Translations under genes and position numbers: made by a program
The notes under the pieces: model-generated
What the model was told of the DNA's origin: nothing
Databases searched by the model: none
Seen by the model: only the letters and a program-made list of their open reading frames with translations
Assembly: GCA_963716725.1 (NCBI GenBank)
Contig: CAVQUB010000011.1
Span: 320,001-384,000 of the forward strand
Source of the DNA: an uncultured delta proteobacterium
GTDB taxonomy: Bacteria; Myxococcota_A; Polyangia; Polyangiales; Polyangiaceae
DNA length: 64,000 nt
Direction: 5' to 3'
Shown here: piece by piece, positions 57,783-64,000 of the stretch
Layout of the letters: each line of letters begins with the position of its first letter
Numbering within the stretch: the first letter of the stretch is position 1

Positions 57783-60383
57783 GTGAGCGCGGAGTCAGCC
57801 GAGATCTACGAGCTGTTTCTGGCACTCTCGCCAGCCCGCATCGGCGCGGCTCGCGCCGCCCTCGACCTGGGCGACCCCAAGCAACGAGCCCTCGAGCTCG
57901 GCGCAGCGCTGATTCCTTTCGCCGTCGATGCGGCGCTGCTCGGGGTGGACGGCCTGAGCGCGTTGGCCCGCGCCGCAGCGCAGGCCGGGGCGGCGCCCCG
58001 CGCCACTGTCTCGCGCACCCTCGACACCCTCGAATCGAGCATCGACGCCCTGGGGCACGGCGACGAGTCGGGCGCCCGAGTCGACGAGGCGGCACTGCTC
58101 GAGCAGGCGGTCGAGCTGCGCGCCGCCGCGGGGGAGTCGGATCCTCGCGAGCCCGAGCGGGGCCCCGCGCCACCAGAAGCGCCCTCCAGCGACGACGACG
58201 TGCACTGGGTTCCGGCGTTGGCGGAGGACATGATCGCTGCGTTCCTCGACGAGTGCGGGGAGCGTCTCGACGGTCTCGCCGAGCGCTTGCTCGTGCTCGA
58301 GGAGCGGAGCGACGACAAGGAGCTCGTCAGCGAGGTGTTCCGAGACCTGCACACCCTCAAAGGTGGTAGCGCCTTCGCTGGGCTCAAGAAGCTCAACCGC
58401 GTCGCCCACCTGGCTGAGGATCTGATCGGAGAGCTGCGGGACGGTAAGCGGACTTGCGATCGCGCGCTCGTCGATCTCTTGCTGGAGACCCTCGACGTGC
58501 TGCGCGCCATCGTCGACCGCGCCCGGGCGCAGGCGCCCATCGACGTCGACGTGAGCGATCTCATGCGGCGCCTGAAGGACCCGCACGCCACGAAGACGAC
58601 GCCCGCTGCCGCCTCCACCGCGGACAAGCCGCGCGAAACGCCCGCCGCCGCGCCCGCCGCGGCGGCGGCGAGCACCCTGCGCATCGAGTTCGAGAAGGTC
58701 GACCAGCTGCTCAATCTGGTGGGAGAAGTGGTCTTGGCCCGCGGCCGGCTCACGACGGCCGCGGAGGTGCAGGGGGCGTTGTTGCGGGAAATGGTCCAGC
58801 TGCGCAAGAAGCTGGCCGCCCTCGCCTCGCCGGACGACGCGCAGCCGGGAACCGCCGGCGCCCTGGACGATCTGCAACGCACCGAGCGCGTGCTACGCGA
58901 AACCTGGGGCGACCTCGACTCGGGTCTCGGCGGGCTCGGCCTCGCCGTCGGGCAGCTCCGCGACAACGTGATGAAGCTCCGCATGGTGCCCATCGCGCGA
59001 CTCTTCACCAAGTACCAACGCACCGTGCGCGAGCTGGGCGCCAAGCTGGGCAAAGAGGTGCGCGTCGAGCTCGAAGGTGCGGAGACCGAGCTCGACAAGG
59101 TGTTGGTCGAACGGCTGGAAGATCCGCTGCTCCACTTGGTGCGAAACGCAGTGGACCACGGCGTCGAAGGCCCGGACCTGCGCCAGAGCCGCGGCAAGCC
59201 GCGGGCGGGGTTGGTCCAACTGGCCGCACATCAACGGGGCGGACAGATCGTCGTGACCATCAGCGACGACGGCGGCGGCATGGACCCCGCCGTGCTGCGC
59301 CAGAAGGCCATCGAGAAGGGCGTGCTCAGCGTGGAAGAGGCAGCAGCGCTCGACGACCGCGCGAGCTTCGACCTGATCTTTCGCGCCGGCTTCTCGACGG
59401 CTGCGGAGGTCTCCGATGTCTCGGGGCGCGGAGTCGGCATGGACGTAGTGCGGGACGCCATCGCCAAGCTCAAAGGCAGCATCGTGATCTCGTCGGAGCT
59501 CGGTCGGGGCACGCGCATGGAGCTGCGGCTGCCCCTCACCCTGGCCATCACCCAGGTGCTGGCAGCTCGGGCCGGCGGCGAGCTGGTGGCCATTCCCCTC
59601 GACGCCGTCGTCAGCGGCGAGACGCTCCGGCCGAACGATCTCGAGAGCGTCGCCGACGGCTTCTGCTTGCGCGTGAACGATCGCCTCGTCCCGGTCGTCG
59701 ATCTCGCCGACGTGCTCGGGCTACCGAAGGATGCGTCTCTAGCGGACGCCGGCGAAGCCGCTGTCGTGATCGTGGACGTCGGCTCCGATCGCTTGGGCCT
59801 GTGCGTGCAACAGCTCCTCGGCCGTCACGAAGTCGTGATCAAGTCGCTCGGGCCGCTGCTGGCCGGGGCGAGTTGCGCCGCCGGAGCAACCCTGATTGGT
59901 GATCGCGTGCTGCTGGTCGTGGATCTGCTCGAGGTGGCGCGGCGCGCCCGCGACCCAGCCGGCATCTCGGCGGCGAGGCAGCGGCCGGCAGTTCGGGCCA
60001 AGGCCCGTGCCCGCATTTTGGTGGCCGAGGACAGCGACGTCATCCGGGAGGCCATCCGGCGCGAGCTGACCCGTGCGGGGTTCGAAGTGGTGGCCGCCGA
60101 GGACGGCGCCGTGGCTCTGGAGCGAGCGCGAGCCGAGCTCTTCGACGCGGTGAGCACCGACGTGATGATGCCCAAGCTCGACGGCTACGAGCTCACGCGC
60201 GCCCTGCGCCAAGACCCGCGCTACGAAAACGTGCCGATCGTGATGGTGACCAGCAAGGACGCCCGCATCGACACGCTCCGCGGCATGGATGCAGGCGCCG
60301 ACCTGTATCTGACCAAGCCGGCCGACGCGACCGAGCTGGTGCGCGCGCTCGATTCGCTGCTCGCGAAGCGCAAGAACGGCTAA
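57783..60383 (+). CDS. cheA: hybrid CheA-REC chemosensory histidine kinase
   Basis: FRDLHTLKG (Hpt), LLNLVGEVV, HLVRNAVDHG, DDGGG, GFSTA...SGRGVGMDVV, CheW domain, REC (DVMMP). Confidence 0.93.
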   Translation: MSAESAEIYELFLALSPARIGAARAALDLGDPKQRALELGAALIPFAVDAALLGVDGLSALARAAAQAGAAPRATVSRTLDTLESSIDALGHGDESGARVDEAALLEQAVELRAAAGESDPREPERGPAPPEAPSSDDDVHWVPALAEDMIAAFLDECGERLDGLAERLLVLEERSDDKELVSEVFRDLHTLKGGSAFAGLKKLNRVAHLAEDLIGELRDGKRTCDRALVDLLLETLDVLRAIVDRARAQAPIDVDVSDLMRRLKDPHATKTTPAAASTADKPRETPAAAPAAAAASTLRIEFEKVDQLLNLVGEVVLARGRLTTAAEVQGALLREMVQLRKKLAALASPDDAQPGTAGALDDLQRTERVLRETWGDLDSGLGGLGLAVGQLRDNVMKLRMVPIARLFTKYQRTVRELGAKLGKEVRVELEGAETELDKVLVERLEDPLLHLVRNAVDHGVEGPDLRQSRGKPRAGLVQLAAHQRGGQIVVTISDDGGGMDPAVLRQKAIEKGVLSVEEAAALDDRASFDLIFRAGFSTAAEVSDVSGRGVGMDVVRDAIAKLKGSIVISSELGRGTRMELRLPLTLAITQVLAARAGGELVAIPLDAVVSGETLRPNDLESVADGFCLRVNDRLVPVVDLADVLGLPKDASLADAGEAAVVIVDVGSDRLGLCVQQLLGRHEVVIKSLGPLLAGASCAAGATLIGDRVLLVVDLLEVARRARDPAGISAARQRPAVRAKARARILVAEDSDVIREAIRRELTRAGFEVVAAEDGAVALERARAELFDAVSTDVMMPKLDGYELTRALRQDPRYENVPIVMVTSKDARIDTLRGMDAGADLYLTKPADATELVRALDSLLAKRKNG

Positions 60384-60525
60384 CCCGCCGGTTTTTCGGA
60401 GATCGCGGTTTTGCCGCGCACACCCCCACATCCGGTGCTAGGGTGCCCCGCCTTTCGCGGCCCTTCGGGCACTTCCGACCGCCGCCAAATGCGAATACGC
60501 GCTAACGCATCACACGAGAGCCACC

Positions 60526-61821
60526 ATGAGTCGTTACCTGTTCACCTCCGAGTCCGTCAGCGAAGGCCATCCCGACAAGCTCTGCGATCAGATCTCGGAC
60601 GCAGTCCTCGACGCGTGTCTGAAGCGCGATCCCCGCAGCCGCGTGGCCTGCGAGACGCTCTGCAAGACCGGCTTCGTCGTCGTGGCTGGTGAAATCACGA
60701 CCACCGCCGATCTCGACTTCGGCAAGCTCGCTCGCGGCGTGATCCGCGACATCGGCTACACCAACTCGGACATGGGCTTCGACGCCGAGACCTGCGGCAT
60801 CCTCGCCGCCATCGAGCCGCAGTCCCCGGACATCACCCAGGGCGTGACCGAGGGCGAGGGCATGCACAAGGAGCAGGGCGCCGGCGACCAGGGCCTGATG
60901 TTCGGCTACGCCTGCGACGAGACCCCGGAGCTGATGCCGGCCCCGATCATGTACGCGCACCAGCTGGTCAAGAAGCTGGCGGACGTGCGCAAGGCCGGCA
61001 AGGTCGACTTCTTGCGCCCGGACAGCAAGAGCCAGGTGACTGTCGAATACGAAGACGACCGCCCCAAGCGCATCGACGCGGTGGTGGTCTCGACGCAGCA
61101 CAGCGCCGACGTCAAATACAAGACGCTCAAAGAGGCCGTGATGGAGCTCTGCGTCAAGAAGAGCTTGCCGTCGAAGCTGCTCGACAAGAACACCAAGTAC
61201 TTCATCAACCCGACGGGCCGCTTCGTCATCGGTGGACCCTTCGGGGACGCGGGCCTCACTGGCCGCAAGATCATCGTCGACACCTACGGTGGCATGGGTC
61301 GACACGGCGGCGGCGCCTTCAGCGGCAAGGATCCGAGTAAGGTCGATCGCTCGGCCTGCTACTACGCACGCTACGTGGCCAAGAACATCGTCGCGGCCAA
61401 GCTCGCTCGCAAGGTCGAGGTCCAGGTCGCATACGCCATCGGCGTCGCGCGACCCGTCGGCGTGTACGTGCACACCTTTGGCACCGGCGTGCTCCCGGAC
61501 GAGGCGCTGCAGAAGTACGTGGCCGAGAAGTTCGACATGCGCCCGAAGGCGCTGATCGAGGAGCTCGATCTGCTCCGCCCGATCTACACCCAGACCGCCG
61601 CCTACGGACACTTCGGCCGGAAAGAGTTCACCTGGGAGAGCACTGACCGCGCGAAGGCGATGGCAGACGATCTGCTCGGGGGCAAGGTCAAAGGCGATCG
61701 CAAAGCGACCGGCAATGGCTCGAACGGCCACGACAAGAAGAAGCCGCCGCGCGCCAAGAGCGCCAAGAGCGCCAAGAGCGCCGGCCGCGGTGGCAAGGGC
61801 TCCGCGCACGCCCGTTCCTAA
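60526..61821 (+). CDS. metK: S-adenosylmethionine synthetase
   Basis: [46 protein letters not shown]. Confidence 0.98.
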   Translation: MSRYLFTSESVSEGHPDKLCDQISDAVLDACLKRDPRSRVACETLCKTGFVVVAGEITTTADLDFGKLARGVIRDIGYTNSDMGFDAETCGILAAIEPQSPDITQGVTEGEGMHKEQGAGDQGLMFGYACDETPELMPAPIMYAHQLVKKLADVRKAGKVDFLRPDSKSQVTVEYEDDRPKRIDAVVVSTQHSADVKYKTLKEAVMELCVKKSLPSKLLDKNTKYFINPTGRFVIGGPFGDAGLTGRKIIVDTYGGMGRHGGGAFSGKDPSKVDRSACYYARYVAKNIVAAKLARKVEVQVAYAIGVARPVGVYVHTFGTGVLPDEALQKYVAEKFDMRPKALIEELDLLRPIYTQTAAYGHFGRKEFTWESTDRAKAMADDLLGGKVKGDRKATGNGSNGHDKKKPPRAKSAKSAKSAGRGGKGSAHARS

Positions 61822-62163
61822 AGCTCCTCCCGCGGAGCGCCGTCCGCCCTCCCCGAAAAATTCCGTTCGCGCTGACAGCGCCCCGCGCGACGCCTGTGCG
61901 TCCATGTGGGGTCGTGCGTGACAGGTGCTGCCTCGCCAGCTACCTTGCCAGTGCGGTGGAGCCTGAACCTCGCAGGGCCAACCGCAGCGTGCTTCGGCAC
62001 GCACGGCGGATGACCATGCAGCTCGCACCTCATCGCACGGCTCCAGCTTCGCACCGCCCAATCGGCAGCGCGCGGCGTGGGGTCGCGCTTCGGCAAAGCA
62101 GCGCTCCGCCAGTGGTGCTCTGAGTCTTTCTTTCTCGCAACCTTCAACTGTGTGGATGGGCAA

Positions 62164-63363
62164 ATGGCACGTTCGAATCTGACTCTGCTTGGGACCCTGA
62201 GCTCGGTGATCGTCGCCGCAGCAGCGTTTGGTTGCTCCAGCGCTGGCAGCAGCGGGGGAGGCACGGGCGCCGGCACCTTCGGCGGCAATGGCGGCGGCGG
62301 ATCGGGCGGCGGCGGTGGCCTGAACCTCGGCGGCAACGGGGCCGGAGGCGGCAGCGGGGGGACCCCCGGCTGGACCTGCACCCCGGGCCAGCCTGAGCCG
62401 GGCGCCATGGACATCCCGGGCAACGGCAAGGACGACGACTGCGACGGCACGGTGGACAACGGTGCGCCGCTGAACTGCGACTCGGCGATCACCGTAATCG
62501 CCGACAACGATCCCATGCATGCAGCAATGGCCATCGGGCTGTGTCAGGTATCCGATGGAGTGAAGTGGGGCGTGCTCGAAGCGAAATACGTAAAGGCCGA
62601 CGGCGCGCCCGCGGAAAGCGCTCCGCCAGTGGACCCGCGGCAGCATGGGTTGCTCCCGAAATTCGGCGCGAATGTGAACGTCCAAGAGGGTGGGCGGATG
62701 CTGGCAATCTCCAGCGGAACGGCCCGACAGCCAGGCGACGCGGGCTACGAGGAAGTCAGCGGCTGGGACGCCATCTCGATGGGCACGGCTCCGGCTGGAT
62801 TCCCCATCGACTCCCCCTCGTGCCCGAACGTGCAGACTGCCAACGACACCAAAGCCTGGAACCCCGTCGCCCTCGAGCTGAAGATCAAGGCGCCGCTCAA
62901 CGCCAAGAGCTTCAAGTTCAACTTCAATTTCTACACCTACGAATGGCCTGGATACGTCTGCACCAAGTTCAACGACTTCTTCGTCGCGCTCCAGAGCCCC
63001 GCACCGCCGAGCGCGTTGCAAGGGAACATCTCCTTCGACACCAAGAGCAACCCGGTCAGCGTCAACAACGGCTTCCTCGACGTCTGCGACCCGACCACCG
63101 GCGCGACGAACCCCGGTGGAAAGAACTTCCCCTGCGCGCTGGGCACCCCGCAGCTTCAAGGCACCGGCTTTGAAACCGGGGCGGCCACGGGCTGGCTCGA
63201 GACCGTCTCGCCGGTGTCGGGCGGCAGCGAGTTCACCCTGCGCTTCGCGGTCTGGGACATGGGCGATCCGGTCCTGGACTCGAGCGTCTTGATCGACAAC
63301 TTCACGTGGTCGACCGAAGGTGGAGACATCCCGGTGACCAAGCCGGTACCCGTTCCCAAGTGA
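62164..63363 (+). CDS. secreted lipoprotein with MopE-like repeat and choice-of-anchor-L-like domain
   Basis: lipobox AFGC; Gly linker; PGNGKDDDCDG; AISSGTA, FNFYTYEWP, FNDFF, DSSVLID. Confidence 0.75.
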   Translation: MARSNLTLLGTLSSVIVAAAAFGCSSAGSSGGGTGAGTFGGNGGGGSGGGGGLNLGGNGAGGGSGGTPGWTCTPGQPEPGAMDIPGNGKDDDCDGTVDNGAPLNCDSAITVIADNDPMHAAMAIGLCQVSDGVKWGVLEAKYVKADGAPAESAPPVDPRQHGLLPKFGANVNVQEGGRMLAISSGTARQPGDAGYEEVSGWDAISMGTAPAGFPIDSPSCPNVQTANDTKAWNPVALELKIKAPLNAKSFKFNFNFYTYEWPGYVCTKFNDFFVALQSPAPPSALQGNISFDTKSNPVSVNNGFLDVCDPTTGATNPGGKNFPCALGTPQLQGTGFETGAATGWLETVSPVSGGSEFTLRFAVWDMGDPVLDSSVLIDNFTWSTEGGDIPVTKPVPVPK

Positions 63364-63482
63364 TGTGTCGCGGCGCACGTGCGCCGCGAGATCCGTAGTC
63401 GACCAAGGTCGACGTGCAGCGTTCGTCAGGTAAACTGTGGTCGATAACGCGGAGCGCGCGGGCTCCGTTCATGAGGTGCGAC

Positions 63483-64000
63483 ATGATTCGTGAGAGCCTG
63501 GTGTTTTGTTCGGTCGTCGTCGTCGGTTTTGCCGTGAGCGCCTGCGGCAGCACGAGCGCGGGCGGCTCCGATGACTTGTTCACGGGTGGCACTTCGGCGG
63601 GCGGCACGTCGGGCGCCGGAGCCTCCGGCGGCATGGCGACTGGAGGCGGCACCAGCAGCGGCGGCGGCGGCGGCGGCCTCGTCATCGACTCGGGGCCAGG
63701 AACCGGGGGCGGCGGGACGAACTGCACCTCGGGTCCCACCGAAGACAAGGACCAAGACGGCTTTAGCGTTCAAGACGGCGACTGCAACGACTGCGACGCC
63801 AACGCCAACCCCGGCGCCTACGACGTCGCGGGCAACAACGTGGACGAGGACTGCAACGGCACCGCCGACGACTCCGCGATCGACTGCGACGGCGCCCTCA
63901 CCGATCTGGCGGACAACGATCCGATGAACGGCGCTCGCTCCATGGGCCTTTGCCAGCAAGCCACCGCCGGTGACAAGAAGTGGGGCGTGCTCGAGGCCAA
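63483..64000 (+). CDS. paralogous MopE-repeat lipoprotein (runs off the window end)
   Basis: MIRESLVFCSVVVVGFAVSAC; DKDQDGF...DCNDCD..NPGA.D..GNNVDEDCNG; DNDPM..A..MGLC and KWGVLEA shared with the upstream gene. Confidence 0.8.
   Translation, partial: MIRESLVFCSVVVVGFAVSACGSTSAGGSDDLFTGGTSAGGTSGAGASGGMATGGGTSSGGGGGGLVIDSGPGTGGGGTNCTSGPTEDKDQDGFSVQDGDCNDCDANANPGAYDVAGNNVDEDCNGTADDSAIDCDGALTDLADNDPMNGARSMGLCQQATAGDKKWGVLEA

Noticed and set aside
60384..60525. possible SAM/SAH riboswitch upstream of metK
   Set aside because: Hairpins are present (GTGCCC...GGGCAC, ATGCG...CGCAT) but I see no recognisable SAM-class consensus; an Infernal/Rfam scan would be needed
60502..63378. 958-aa minus-strand ORF
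   Set aside because: Antisense shadow of metK and the MopE lipoprotein; common in high-GC DNA

Overview
High-GC chromosomal segment with a gene repertoire typical of myxobacteria (Polyangiales-like, inferred): many Ser/Thr kinases, FHA-sigma54 activator, ECF sigma/anti-sigma pair, Gly-rich-linker lipoproteins, MopE-repeat proteins. It holds about 65 CDSs, including argJ, metK, dtd, arfB, a Ppx/GppA phosphatase and a HIT protein, plus tRNA-Thr(CGT) and a cobalamin riboswitch heading a lipoprotein + BtuB-like receptor operon. Main leads: (1) a two-gene 2TM(SLATT-like) + prokaryotic YEATS cassette just downstream of tRNA-Thr, a candidate defence system; (2) a ~605-bp transposase-free element bounded by CTAG and nested inverted repeats, carrying a GxxExxY nuclease-family gene; (3) a four-helix-bundle gene embedded in hexamer tracts and 9-mer repeats; (4) a DUF3570-like barrel + two c-type heme lipoproteins + His-containing membrane protein operon; (5) an unannotated 58-aa peptide with a duplicated AEL(E/D)xxWFA motif downstream of a B12-dependent radical SAM gene. 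Four genes (GxxExxY, btuB-like, GNAT, dtd) each carry a single-base frameshift, which suggests assembly indel errors. All family assignments come from motif recognition by eye; no database searches were run.
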